DNA of 64,000 bases from contig CAVRAY010000002.1 in assembly GCA_963719225.1 (NCBI GenBank), forward strand, positions 512,001 to 576,000, written 5' to 3'. Positions 54,640 through 64,000 of the stretch are shown one piece after another. Both the position numbers and the translations under genes were made by a program. This DNA is from Thermoanaerobaculia bacterium (GTDB lineage Bacteria > Acidobacteriota > Thermoanaerobaculia > UBA5066). Numbering within the stretch: the stretch's first letter is position 1; the number at the start of each line of letters is the position of its first letter. The notes below the pieces were generated by a model that saw only the letters and a list, made by a program, of their open reading frames with translations, did not search any database and was not told the origin of the DNA.

Positions 54640-56427
54640 ATGACAGCCATCGACAAGCGCAACCTGGTCGCCCAGTGGGCGTTCGACACCCGGCCCGTGC
54701 TGCTCCGTTTCCACCTGTGGCTCGAGGACGTCGAGCTGGAGCGCTCGCAGCCGGAGCCCGTCTCGGATCACGCGTTCACGCCGCGCGGCATCGCCCGATG
54801 CCTCGCGATGACGTCCGCGGCCACCGCGCTCGGGACGCGCCTGTTCGGCGGATTCGGCGGGGGCGCGGGCAAGGACAAGGCGACGCTGAACCAGGTGAAG
54901 AAATCGGCGGACGCGATCAGCGCCTACGTGATGAGCGAGGGGCTCTGGCACCTGACGCGCACGCTTCCCGAGAACCACGCGATCATGGTCTCCCTCGGCG
55001 AGGGCCTGATGCCGAAGGCGGGAGAGTCGCCGGAGATGGGCGCGAACCCGCTGCTCGGTTTCGGCCGCGTCTACGCCCGCCCCGAGGTGGCGCGCGTCCT
55101 GGACCGGAGGGTCCGCCGGCTGCTGAACGACCCCGGATACACGTTCGAGCAGTTCTACGGCTGGCTCCACGCGCGGGGCATCACGATCTGGGGCGCCGCC
55201 GTGGACACTCTCGAGAACACCGCGCGCTTTGCGGAGGGGAAGTCGACGGGCCCGATGGCGGTGTTCCACCTCTTCAACTCGCCGCTCGTCCTCGCGCGCC
55301 CGTACGAGTCGTACATGGGCTGCCTCACCGTGCCGGGGCGCGTGGCCGTGGCGGCCGACCGGGTCTCGCTGCTCCTCGACTACCGGACGCCGCGCGCGCA
55401 GGTGACGCAGGCGATCGAGGCGGCCTACCCCGGCGTCAAGCGCGGAAACATCCACGTCTGGACGCTGAGGGGCCAGAACCGGCTCGGGCGGCTCGGAAAG
55501 CTGTGGGAGGAGTGGACCGCGCTCGGCGTCCACCTCGTCGAGGACGGCTGGAAGGCGCCGTCGGGCTTCGAGGTGTTCACGGACTCGGGGACGTACGCGC
55601 CGACGTTCCTGATCGGGAGCTGGGCGGACGAGGCGGGAGACACGCACGTCTTTCTCTGCGACGGCTACGCCGCCACGGCCGAGGCGATGCAGGCGGCGAG
55701 CCTCGCGGAGGTGCTGGACGTCGACGCTTCGATGGCGCTCTTCTCCCCGGGCTTCGAGCTCCCGTGCGGCACCGAGGGACGGCTCATGGCGCTCGATCCC
55801 GACAGGCCCGACTTCCCGCAGAGAGTGCGCGAGGCGCTGGGCGGGCGAAACGCCGAGGCGGGCCGGGCCGTCAAGTACGGGGAGGCGATCCGCGAGGCGC
55901 GGGAATGCAACGTGCCGACGGGCCGGCCCGTCCTCAGGCCCGACGACTTCGTCCCCGAGAAGAACTGGAGCGTGCTCGCGTCGACGGGCTACATCTGCGA
56001 CGACCCCTACACGGGAACGGCGGGCGTCACGCGCGTGGCCGACGACGTCTACCGGGTGACGACGCGGCTCGCCGCGCGCCAGGCCTCGAGCCGCATCACG
56101 TTTACGTTCCGGCTCATGGAGCCGCTCGAGAGGGCGTGCCACGTCTTCAGCCCTCTGCTCGTGCGCTTCATGTCGGGCGTGGACCACACGACGCGCCCCG
56201 TGAAGATTTCCGACTCGGGCCGCATCCGCAACGAGCTGCAGACGATGTTCTCCCAGGCGCTCGAGCACGACGGCGACAAGATCCGGATCCACTTCAACCG
56301 CCTCGACGAGAAGGTCGTGCCGCGCGACAAGCAGAAGACGATCCGCAAGGTGCTCGAGTGGTACCGCGCGAATCACCCGGTCTGGTTCGACTGGGTCGAG
56401 ATCGGGGAGACGACACGGGGCATCTGA
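54640..56427 (+). CDS. Divergent GlpX/FBPase class II-like protein
   Basis: KKSADA, VSLGEG, AAVDTLENT echo GlpX motifs (KxAAD, IGEG, DPLEGT). Confidence 0.45.
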   Translation: MTAIDKRNLVAQWAFDTRPVLLRFHLWLEDVELERSQPEPVSDHAFTPRGIARCLAMTSAATALGTRLFGGFGGGAGKDKATLNQVKKSADAISAYVMSEGLWHLTRTLPENHAIMVSLGEGLMPKAGESPEMGANPLLGFGRVYARPEVARVLDRRVRRLLNDPGYTFEQFYGWLHARGITIWGAAVDTLENTARFAEGKSTGPMAVFHLFNSPLVLARPYESYMGCLTVPGRVAVAADRVSLLLDYRTPRAQVTQAIEAAYPGVKRGNIHVWTLRGQNRLGRLGKLWEEWTALGVHLVEDGWKAPSGFEVFTDSGTYAPTFLIGSWADEAGDTHVFLCDGYAATAEAMQAASLAEVLDVDASMALFSPGFELPCGTEGRLMALDPDRPDFPQRVREALGGRNAEAGRAVKYGEAIREARECNVPTGRPVLRPDDFVPEKNWSVLASTGYICDDPYTGTAGVTRVADDVYRVTTRLAARQASSRITFTFRLMEPLERACHVFSPLLVRFMSGVDHTTRPVKISDSGRIRNELQTMFSQALEHDGDKIRIHFNRLDEKVVPRDKQKTIRKVLEWYRANHPVWFDWVEIGETTRGI

Positions 56428-56504
56428 GGCGCGCCGCGGGCCGCATGGTGTTTTGACACGGCGTCTCAGCGGTCCTAATCTGATCCGCGGTCGGGAGGTG
56501 ACCC

Positions 56505-56999
56505 ATGGACGGACGTCGCGCCATTCTGAAAGCCGGTCTCGTCGCCATCGGGAACGTTGTCCTCGGGCCGGCCCGCATCCTGCTGGGCGCCGTGACGTCG
56601 AAGGCTCCGGCGCCGCGGGCGCACCTCCTGCCTTCCGAAGAGAAGACAGTCCGCTCGTACTACGAGGCCGGCTGGAACAAGGGCGACAAGAACTTCCTCC
56701 TGGCGGTTTCCAGAACTGGTGAACAGTGCGCGAGGGAGCTCGACCGTTATCGGGGCGCGTTTCCCGACCTTCGATTCGACGTCGGTTCGGTGCAGAAGGT
56801 GGGGGATGAAATCCATGTGCGATGGACAGCGCAGGGCACGAACCGCGGGGCGCTCGACGGCCGGGCGGCGACGGGACGCCGGGCGACGATTCAAGGCCTG
56901 ACGAAGTTCAAGGTCGTGGAAGGCAAGATCGTCTCCGCGGCGCCGGAGTGGGATCAGGCCGCGCTGCAACGGCAGCTCGGGGCCAGGACCGCAGGCTGA
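56505..56999 (+). CDS. SnoaL-like ester cyclase, possible Tat signal
   Basis: AFPDLRF..VRWTAQGT..G..ATGRR..GKIV; GRRAILK N-terminus. Confidence 0.75.
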   Translation: MDGRRAILKAGLVAIGNVVLGPARILLGAVTSKAPAPRAHLLPSEEKTVRSYYEAGWNKGDKNFLLAVSRTGEQCARELDRYRGAFPDLRFDVGSVQKVGDEIHVRWTAQGTNRGALDGRAATGRRATIQGLTKFKVVEGKIVSAAPEWDQAALQRQLGARTAG

Positions 57000-58489
57000 C
57001 CGACCTCTTCCACGAGGTCCTTCTCTCCGCGTGCGCCGGACGCGGCGCGCGGCCTGCCTTCATCGACGCCGCGACCGGGCGCACGGTTCGCTTCGACGAG
57101 ATTCGGCCGGTGGTCGAAGGCCTGTCCGCACGCCTCCGCGCGACGGGCGTCGGGGGCGGCGACGTCGTGGCGCTTCTCGCGAGAAACGCGCCGGAGTATC
57201 TCCCGACCGTTTGCGGCATCCTCGCAGCGGGCGCGGCCGTCGCGCCCGTGAACCCCGCGTTTCTGCCGCACGAGATCGCGCGCCAGCTCGGGGAGAGCGG
57301 CGTCTCGACCCTCGTCGTCGCCGACGCGCTCGCCGGAAGGGCGGCGGGCTTTCCGCCGATTCCGGGCCTCGTGCGTGTCATTGCCCTGGACGACGCGTAC
57401 GGTCTCCGGCCGCTCGCGAGATCCGCGGGCGCTCCCGGGCTCCCCACGGAGAAAGGCGACGCGCTTCTCGCATGGTCCGTGGGGCTCGGCGGCCTGCCCG
57501 GGCCCGCGCGGCACACGCACGAGAGCCTTTCCGCCGCGCTCCTCGGGCTCGCCGCCGTCGCGCCGTGGCGCGAGAGCGACGTCGTGTACTCGGCGATCTC
57601 GCCGTACGACCTGTACGGGCTCGTCGCGACGCTCGCTCTGTCGCTTCACAGGGGTCTCACGGCGGTGACGTCGGCGCGGTTCGACCCGGCGTCCTTCGCG
57701 GCCGCCGTGAAACGCTTCGGCGTGACGGTGTCGAATGTCGTGCCGTCGATCGTGCACGCGCTGAGCCAGGCCGCGGCGCCGGCGGGCGCGCTCGCACCCC
57801 TGCGCCTTCTCATCTCCGGCGGCGCGCCGCTCGCACCCCACGTATCGCGCGCGTGCGCGGCGCGGCTCTGCATGACCGTCGTGCAGGGCTATGGTCTCGC
57901 CGAGTGCGCGGGCGCGACGCATCTCGACTGGGACCTCGACCGCGCCGACGTGCCGTCGAGCGGGCGGCCCCTCCCCGGCATGGCGACGCGCGTCGTCGAT
58001 GCGGCCGGCGACCCCGTGAAGGAGGGGGAGGAAGGCGAATTGTGGCTGAAGGGCGCGCAGATGCTCATCGGATACCGAGGGCGGCCCGAGAAGACGGCGG
58101 CCACGCTGACGGAGGACGGCTGGCTCCGCACGGGCGATCTCGTCCGCGAGGACGCGTCGAAGCGACTGACCGTCGTCGGCCGCACGAAGCGGCTCGTGAA
58201 GGTCAAGGGATTCCAGGTGTCTCCCGAGGAGATCGAGCATGCGCTGCGTGCGCATCCGGCGGTCGTGGACGCCGCGGCGTTCCCGGCATGGGACCCGGAG
58301 TCGGGCGAGGAGTCGGCGCGCGTGTACGCGGTGGCGGGGAGCAACGTGTCGTCCGACGCGCTCGTCGACTGGTGCGCGGCGCGCCTCGCGCGCCACAAGA
58401 GGCCGGTGCGCGTCAATATCGTGCCGGAGCTTCCGCCCGACGCGGACGGCCCGTGGCGGTTCCCGTGGCTCGGGACGACCCGAGGGTGA
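56996..58489 (+). CDS. AMP-binding (ANL) enzyme homolog with degenerate motifs; start uncertain
   Basis: SGGAPL, QGYGLAEC, GWLRTGD, KGFQVSPEEIE. Confidence 0.8.
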   Translation: MTDLFHEVLLSACAGRGARPAFIDAATGRTVRFDEIRPVVEGLSARLRATGVGGGDVVALLARNAPEYLPTVCGILAAGAAVAPVNPAFLPHEIARQLGESGVSTLVVADALAGRAAGFPPIPGLVRVIALDDAYGLRPLARSAGAPGLPTEKGDALLAWSVGLGGLPGPARHTHESLSAALLGLAAVAPWRESDVVYSAISPYDLYGLVATLALSLHRGLTAVTSARFDPASFAAAVKRFGVTVSNVVPSIVHALSQAAAPAGALAPLRLLISGGAPLAPHVSRACAARLCMTVVQGYGLAECAGATHLDWDLDRADVPSSGRPLPGMATRVVDAAGDPVKEGEEGELWLKGAQMLIGYRGRPEKTAATLTEDGWLRTGDLVREDASKRLTVVGRTKRLVKVKGFQVSPEEIEHALRAHPAVVDAAAFPAWDPESGEESARVYAVAGSNVSSDALVDWCAARLARHKRPVRVNIVPELPPDADGPWRFPWLGTTRG

Positions 58490-58572
58490 GACGGCCTCAC
58501 TTCCTTGCGAAAGCCGTCCTCCGCCGAGGAATACCCGATCCGGGACCGCAGTCTCCTAGACTTGGAGTCTCC

Positions 58573-61191
58573 ATGCGCACCGCTCCCGCACGAGCCGTAA
58601 CACTCGCCGGAATCGTCGTCGCGGCGGGCGCCCTTCTCGGCGCGAGGCCGGCGCGGCGGTCGCCGCTCGCGGTCTCGATCCCGAACCCGATTCTCTTCGT
58701 GACGCAGATGCCCGTGCCGGGCGACTTCACCACCGTCGCGTCGGTGTTCGGGAACGCGTCGGGCGGCCTCGAGGCCGCGCCGCGCGGCGGCGACCTGTGG
58801 ATCCAGTATCCGGACGGGACGAAGAAGAACCTGACGCAGCTCGCGGGCTACGGGCAGGCGGGCTCGCAGGACGGCGCGGGCATCGCGGTGCGCGAGCCGT
58901 CGGTCCACTGGAGCGGCACGAAGGCCGTCTTCTCGATGGTCGTCGGCGCACCCTCCGCGCAGTACGCACAGGGGACGTGGTTCTGGCAGCTCTACGAGGT
59001 GACGGGCCTCGGCGAGGCGGAGGTGCCGGTCATCACGAAGGTCCCGAACCAGCCCGCCGGCTTCGACAACGTCGCGCCGATCTACGGCACGGACGAGCGG
59101 ATCCTCTTTGCGTCCGACCGGCCGCGAAACGGCGCCGCGCATCTCTACCCGCAGCTGGACGAGTACGAGGAGGCGCCGACGGTGACGGGCCTCTGGAGCC
59201 TGAACCCCGCGACGGGCGACCTCAGGATGCTGAACCACTCGCCGAGCGGCGTTTTCTCGCCGACGATCGACTCCTTCGGGCGCGTCGTCTTCACCCGCTG
59301 GGACCACCTGCAGCGCGACCAGCAGGCCGACGGCGACGGCCCGTCCGGCCCTTTCGACCAGGCGAACCCGTACGGCACGTTCAACTACGCCGACGAGTCG
59401 GCCGGGGCCGCGAAGCTCGCGACGCGGGCCGAGGTGTACCCCGAGCCGCGCGCGGCGAGGCCGGACCTTCTCGCCGGGACGAACCTCGTGGGGCACTCCC
59501 TGAACCACTTCTTCCCGTGGCAGGTCCGCGAGGACGGCACGGAGGAGGAGACGCTGAACCACATCGGGCGGCACGAGTTGCACGACTACTTCAGCCGCGT
59601 CTTCGACGACGACGGCAACGTCGTGGACTTCATCTCGGCGACGTCCGGCCGCGTCAACGCGAACGGCATCCAGAACTTCCTCGAGATCAAGGAAGACCCG
59701 ACGACGCCCGGCCGCTTCTTCGGGATCGACGCGCCGGAGTTCCAGACGCACGCGGGCGGGCAGATCGTGCGGATGGACCTGCCGGTCGGCCAGCACCCGG
59801 ACCAGATCGCGGTCGGCTACGTGACGAACCGCGCGACGTCGAGCCCGCGCCTCGACACGGACCCGGTGCCGCCGGGACATTCGGGCTTCTACCGAAATCC
59901 GCTCCCGCTCTCGGACGGGATGCTTCTCGCCGTCCACACGTCCGAGACGCGCGCCGACCTGAACGAGGGCACGCGCGCGGCGCCGGTCTCGCGGTACGCG
60001 TTCCGGATCCAGTCTCTCGCTCCGGTCGGCGACGGCACGCTCACGGCGAGCCAGACGCTCACGACGGGGATCGTGAAGAGCGCGTCGTACTGGGATCCGG
60101 ACGTTCGCGTGACGTACACGAACGCGACGCTCTGGGAGCTCGATCCCGTCGAGGTGAAGGCGCGCGCGAAGCCCGTGGCGCCGCCGTCGACGCTGCCCGG
60201 GCCTGAGTCGGCGATCTTCACGCAGGAAAACGTGGATCCCGTCGCGTTCAGGGCGTGGCTCGCGCAGCGGAACCTCGCCGTGATCGTGAGCCGCGACGTG
60301 ACGACGCGCGACGCGCTCGACAGGCAGCAGCCGTTCAACCTCCGGATCGCCGGGACGTCCCACCAGACGGCGCCCACGGGCGGCAAGCTCTACGACGTCG
60401 CGCACATGCAGCTCTTCCAGGCCGACCAGATCCGCGGCGTCGGGGGCACGGCGAGCCCGCGGGCCGGGCGCCGCGTCCTCGCGCAGGTGATGCACGACGC
60501 CGTGGCCCTCGGCACGAACCCCGTGAACCCCGGCGGGCCGACCGGCAGCGTGCGGCTCGGCAACGACGGCTCCATGGCGGCGTTCGTGCCCGCGCACCGC
60601 GCCGTCACGTGGCAGATGACGGACCCGGCCGGGACGCCCGTCGTGCGCGAGCGTTACTGGCTGACGTTCCAGCCCGGCGAGGTGCGCGTCTGCACGTCGT
60701 GCCACGGCCTCTCGAGCCACGACCAGATGGGACGTCCCGAGCCCGTGAACCCTCCGGAGGCGCTGCGGCAGGTCGTGCGCTATTACCGCGACGTCCTGAA
60801 CCCGGCCTCGACCCCCGTCGCGTCGAGCTTCTACACGCTTCCGCCGTGCCGTCTCCTCGACACGCGCAGGCCGGCGGGCCCGCTCGGCGCGCCGGCGCTC
60901 GCGGCGTTCGGCCAGCGCGTCGTCACGCTCACGGGCGCGTGCGGCGTTCCGTCCGGCGCAACGGCGCTCGCGCTGAACGTCACGGTGACGCAGACGCTCG
61001 GCGCGGGCTCTCTGCGCCTCTATCCGGGCGACAGCGTGCCGACGTCCGCGACGACGATCTCGTTCGCGCAGGGCGCCACGCGCGCGAACAACGCGCAGGT
61101 GAGGCTCGCGCCGGACGGGAGCGTCGGGATCTCGAACGACGCCGGCGGCGCCGTCCACCTGATCCTCGACGTCTTCGGGTACTACCGGTGA
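58573..61191 (+). CDS. Large secreted beta-propeller protein with a CxxCH heme motif (hydrazine synthase alpha-like middle domain)
   Basis: Signal peptide; GRVVFTRWDH; FQPGEVRVCTSCHG; C-terminal PCRLLDTR..LNVTV..HLILDVFGY domain. Confidence 0.65.
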   Translation: MRTAPARAVTLAGIVVAAGALLGARPARRSPLAVSIPNPILFVTQMPVPGDFTTVASVFGNASGGLEAAPRGGDLWIQYPDGTKKNLTQLAGYGQAGSQDGAGIAVREPSVHWSGTKAVFSMVVGAPSAQYAQGTWFWQLYEVTGLGEAEVPVITKVPNQPAGFDNVAPIYGTDERILFASDRPRNGAAHLYPQLDEYEEAPTVTGLWSLNPATGDLRMLNHSPSGVFSPTIDSFGRVVFTRWDHLQRDQQADGDGPSGPFDQANPYGTFNYADESAGAAKLATRAEVYPEPRAARPDLLAGTNLVGHSLNHFFPWQVREDGTEEETLNHIGRHELHDYFSRVFDDDGNVVDFISATSGRVNANGIQNFLEIKEDPTTPGRFFGIDAPEFQTHAGGQIVRMDLPVGQHPDQIAVGYVTNRATSSPRLDTDPVPPGHSGFYRNPLPLSDGMLLAVHTSETRADLNEGTRAAPVSRYAFRIQSLAPVGDGTLTASQTLTTGIVKSASYWDPDVRVTYTNATLWELDPVEVKARAKPVAPPSTLPGPESAIFTQENVDPVAFRAWLAQRNLAVIVSRDVTTRDALDRQQPFNLRIAGTSHQTAPTGGKLYDVAHMQLFQADQIRGVGGTASPRAGRRVLAQVMHDAVALGTNPVNPGGPTGSVRLGNDGSMAAFVPAHRAVTWQMTDPAGTPVVRERYWLTFQPGEVRVCTSCHGLSSHDQMGRPEPVNPPEALRQVVRYYRDVLNPASTPVASSFYTLPPCRLLDTRRPAGPLGAPALAAFGQRVVTLTGACGVPSGATALALNVTVTQTLGAGSLRLYPGDSVPTSATTISFAQGATRANNAQVRLAPDGSVGISNDAGGAVHLILDVFGYYR

Positions 61192-61235
61192 AGGGCCCTT
61201 CCGGCGGAGCCGGGCGGCGTAATAGATCGCCGTGG

Positions 61236-61760
61236 GTGCGCGAACCGAAGTTCCACCTGCGGTTTCCCGTGTCGTCCGTCGAGAGGTGGGCGGCGCGGTT
61301 CTCCGACGCGTCGGAGTCCTTCATCGAGACGGAGGTCGCGCCCGCGGTGCGCCGGCAGGGCTACCTGACGCGCGAACAGTTCCTCGGAATCGCCGAGTGG
61401 AAGACGGCGCGGTCGCGGCCGCGCTGCGAGAGGAACGAGGAGGAGTTCGTCCGGGAGGTGACGCGTGCGGCGCTCGCGACCACGGACGAGCGGTTCAAGA
61501 TCCACGCGCTCCGGCTCCTCGAGGGCGTCGAGTGGCCCACGGCGTCCGTCATCCTCCACTTCTGCGACCGCGGCCGGTACCCGATCCTCGACGTGCGCGC
61601 CCTCTGGTCCTCGGGCCTCGACGGGTCGCCTTCCCACTCGTTCGGGCTGTGGACACGGTACACGGAGTTCCTGCGCGGGGCCGCGGAGAAGGCGGGCGTC
61701 TCGATGCGCACGCTCGACAAGGCGCTCTGGCAGTACTCGAAGGAGAGACAGGGAAGCTGA
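61236..61760 (+). CDS. Hypothetical protein, HhH DNA-glycosylase-like
   Basis: LEGVEWPTASVILHF..YPILDVR. Confidence 0.5.
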   Translation: MREPKFHLRFPVSSVERWAARFSDASESFIETEVAPAVRRQGYLTREQFLGIAEWKTARSRPRCERNEEEFVREVTRAALATTDERFKIHALRLLEGVEWPTASVILHFCDRGRYPILDVRALWSSGLDGSPSHSFGLWTRYTEFLRGAAEKAGVSMRTLDKALWQYSKERQGS

Positions 61761-61781
61761 GAGCGGCGCGGCGCGGGACGC

Positions 61782-62039
61782 CTAACGCGCCGCGCGGCGG
61801 TACGTCGCCGAGAGGCGCGCCTCGGCGAGGACGTGGCCCTCCATCGCCGCCTCCCCGGGCGCGCCGGCGACGGCGAGAGGCGGCGAGAGGTTCTCGCCGT
61901 CGCACGTGTGGCGCTCCGGGATCGCGCCGCCCGGCGCGAACGCCGGCGACGTGAGCGCCATCCCGTGGCTCCTGTCCTTCGCGGCGCAGGAGACCGCGAG
62001 AAAGGGGAGAAGGAGAAGGAGCGCGGCAGGAGAACGCAA
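61782..62039 (-). pseudogene. YbhB/YbcL (PEBP) lipoprotein with internal deletion
   Basis: LTSPAF..IPERHTCDGENLSPPL joined directly to AMEGHVLAEARL; central DPDAP/HW region absent. Confidence 0.7.
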
Positions 62040-62071
62040 CGGGCCATTTTCGCCGAGGGCGCCTCCGCGTC

Positions 62072-62467
62072 CTAGCGCTCCGGGGCCTTCTGCACCACGA
62101 GGCCGAAGGCGTGGTAGCCGGCCCCTTCCGAGACACGCATCGCGCGGCGCACCTCGGACATCCGGAGGCGGCCGTCCGCGAAGAGGACGAGCTCCTTGGC
62201 GGGCGTGCGCTCCCGGATCTCCTTCAGGCGGTCGCCGAGGAGCGATTCCTCGATCAGGGTGTCCTCGAGCCAGAGGTCCCCGCGCTCCCCGATCGCGACC
62301 TTGACCTGCCGCGACCGGTCCTTCCGGCCCTCGTCCGGGTGGGTGGTGCGGGGCAGCGTCACGCGCTCGACGATCATCGGCGTGACGACCATGAAGATAA
62401 TGAGCATGACGAGGCACACGTCGACGAGCGGCGTGACGTTGATTTCGCAGCGAGGCCTGTCGTCCAT
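62072..62467 (-). CDS. exbD: ExbD/TolR biopolymer transporter
   Basis: INVTPLVDVCLVMLIIFMV. Confidence 0.88.
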   Translation of the reverse strand: MDDRPRCEINVTPLVDVCLVMLIIFMVVTPMIVERVTLPRTTHPDEGRKDRSRQVKVAIGERGDLWLEDTLIEESLLGDRLKEIRERTPAKELVLFADGRLRMSEVRRAMRVSEGAGYHAFGLVVQKAPER

Positions 62468-62667
62468 CGCGTCACCTCCATCACGGGATCGACGGGGAGA
62501 CCCCGCGGAGGCCGGAGAAGTTCCCGGAACGTCGTCGCGCCTCGACGAAGTAGGGACCGGGAAAAGTCAGGACCGAGCGGGGGGCGGAGGCACCCTCGCC
62601 GACCACGCGACTTTCTCGTAGGCGCCGGGGAAGGCGAGACAGACGCGGCGCAGGCGGTCGAGGACGT

Positions 62668-63246
62668 TCATCTGCGCAGGGCAACGCGCGAGAGGTCGGC
62701 ACGGCCGAGCTTGCCCTCGACGCCTCGTGCGGCGGCGACGAGCTGGGCAACGCGGTCCGGGGCAGGCGTGGGCGTCTTCGTGGGCTGGAGGACGACCAGC
62801 GTCTGCCTATTCTGGAGAGGCGATCGCTCCAGCGCCTTCGCGTTGTTGATCGCCTTCATGCTTTTCATGATCGCCCTCAGGTCTTCCTGCGCCGATCTGG
62901 ACGCGGCCATCAGGACGAGGAAGCAGAGCGCCTCGATGTCGGCGCCTTCCATGCTCCCGAGGGCGGCCCAGGTCGTGGCCTTCGTCCTCTCGACCGTGCC
63001 CGCGTGGGGAGGGGAGATGCCGAAGTGCGCGCGGACGGTCGCCCGGAGAGCCGCGGCGTCGATCGGGCCCGAGGCTTTCGCGAGGCGCGCGCCCTCCTCG
63101 TGCACCCAGGCGAGCACCGCCGGCGATGCCGTGCGCGACGTCGCGTCGGCGCGGGCCTGAAGGTCGGCCGGGATGGTCGTCGCGCGCATGGAGAGCGCGG
63201 GCAGGAGAAAGGAGACGCCGAGGGCTTTCGCGAGCCGCAGCTTCAT
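62668..63246 (-). CDS. Secreted hypothetical protein
   Basis: Signal-like N-terminus, 192 aa. Confidence 0.55.
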   Translation of the reverse strand: MKLRLAKALGVSFLLPALSMRATTIPADLQARADATSRTASPAVLAWVHEEGARLAKASGPIDAAALRATVRAHFGISPPHAGTVERTKATTWAALGSMEGADIEALCFLVLMAASRSAQEDLRAIMKSMKAINNAKALERSPLQNRQTLVVLQPTKTPTPAPDRVAQLVAAARGVEGKLGRADLSRVALRR

Positions 63247-63325
63247 GTCCGAATCCTATCGCGACGACGGTGCTCGCCGCAGACCGCCCACCGTCGCGGC
63301 GAACCGGCCTAGACTCCAGGCGCTC

Positions 63326-64000
63326 ATGACGACGTCCGCTCCCGGCGGCCTCCCGCCCGACGGGGATCTGACCCTCGACCGCGACCCGTCGCGTCCGCCG
63401 GCGGATGCGGGCGGTGGCGCGTTACCGCGCGAGATCGGCGGGTTCCGCATCCTCGGAAAGCTCGGCGAGGGCGGAATGGGAATCGTCTACGAGGCCGAGC
63501 AGCGGAGCCCGCACCGGCGGGTCGCGCTCAAGGTCGTCCGCGCCGGGCACTTCGTCGACGACCAGTACCTGAGGATGTTCCGGCGCGAGACCGAGACGCT
63601 GGCCCGGCTCACGCACCCGAACATCGCGGCGCTCTACGAGGCGGGGCGCACGGACGACGGACAGCACTTCTTCACGATGGAGCTCGTCCTCGGCGAGACG
63701 CTCGCCGCGTGGGCGAAGAAGCGCCTCGGCGGCGACGCGCCGAGCCCCGCCGAGACGCGCGAGCGCCTGCGCCTGTTCGTCACGATCTGCCAGGCCGTGA
63801 ACTACGCGCATCAGCGCGGCGTGATTCACCGCGACCTCAAGCCCTCGAACGTCGTCGTCACGGACGCGGGCCCGAAGATCCTGGACTTCGGCCTCGCGCG
63901 CATCACGGATGCGGACGTGGCGGCGGCCACGGTGATGACCGAGGTCGGCGCGATCCAGGGGACGCTTCCGTACATGAGCCCGGAGCAGACGCGCGGCGAC
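63326..64000 (+). CDS. Hanks-type Ser/Thr protein kinase (runs off window end)
   Basis: GEGGMG, VALK, HRDLKPSN, DFGLA, GTLPYMSPE. Confidence 0.93.
   Translation, partial: MTTSAPGGLPPDGDLTLDRDPSRPPADAGGGALPREIGGFRILGKLGEGGMGIVYEAEQRSPHRRVALKVVRAGHFVDDQYLRMFRRETETLARLTHPNIAALYEAGRTDDGQHFFTMELVLGETLAAWAKKRLGGDAPSPAETRERLRLFVTICQAVNYAHQRGVIHRDLKPSNVVVTDAGPKILDFGLARITDADVAAATVMTEVGAIQGTLPYMSPEQTRGD

Noticed and set aside
57889-61158. Long antisense and alternate-frame ORFs (e.g. 1089 aa here, 845 aa at 16551-19088, 631 aa at 54481-56376)
   Set aside because: High-GC shadow ORFs opposite genes with clear motifs.
58573-61191. Anammox hydrazine synthase
   Set aside because: Only a domain-level resemblance. 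No hzsB/hzsC neighbours, and such domains are widespread.

Overview
High-GC bacterial genomic window. The protein styles suggest an Acidobacteriota-like organism, but that is inference. Many single-base frameshifts in otherwise intact genes suggest long-read assembly errors. The flanks (1-9.6 kb and 52.4-64 kb) hold ordinary metabolic and envelope genes. Between them lies a ~43 kb accessory/defence region in three parts. (i) A toxin-antitoxin cluster, a WYL regulator with two GGACA-N5-TGTCC sites, and a TM0106-like nuclease-helicase (9.7-19.3 kb). (ii) A dcm-vsr-MORC-Z1-DUF4420-AIPR (mza-like) operon, an EVE-nuclease gene split by an end-less IS3 core, and an NDT-like gene (19.3-31.8 kb). (iii) The main discovery candidate, a ~19.4 kb cassette array (32.46-51.83 kb). 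In it, ten co-oriented, near-identical, 5'-truncated and internally deleted copies of one LysR gene (plus a 33-bp remnant) alternate with different cargo: nine TA modules, two cage-less mini-Rhs toxin/immunity sets and unknown genes. Nine copies end at the LysR stop position in a G-rich, mostly G-quadruplex-like tract. No integrase, attC site or intact LysR is visible. A miniature version of the same gene-3'-end-plus-new-cargo pattern occurs at the WYL gene.
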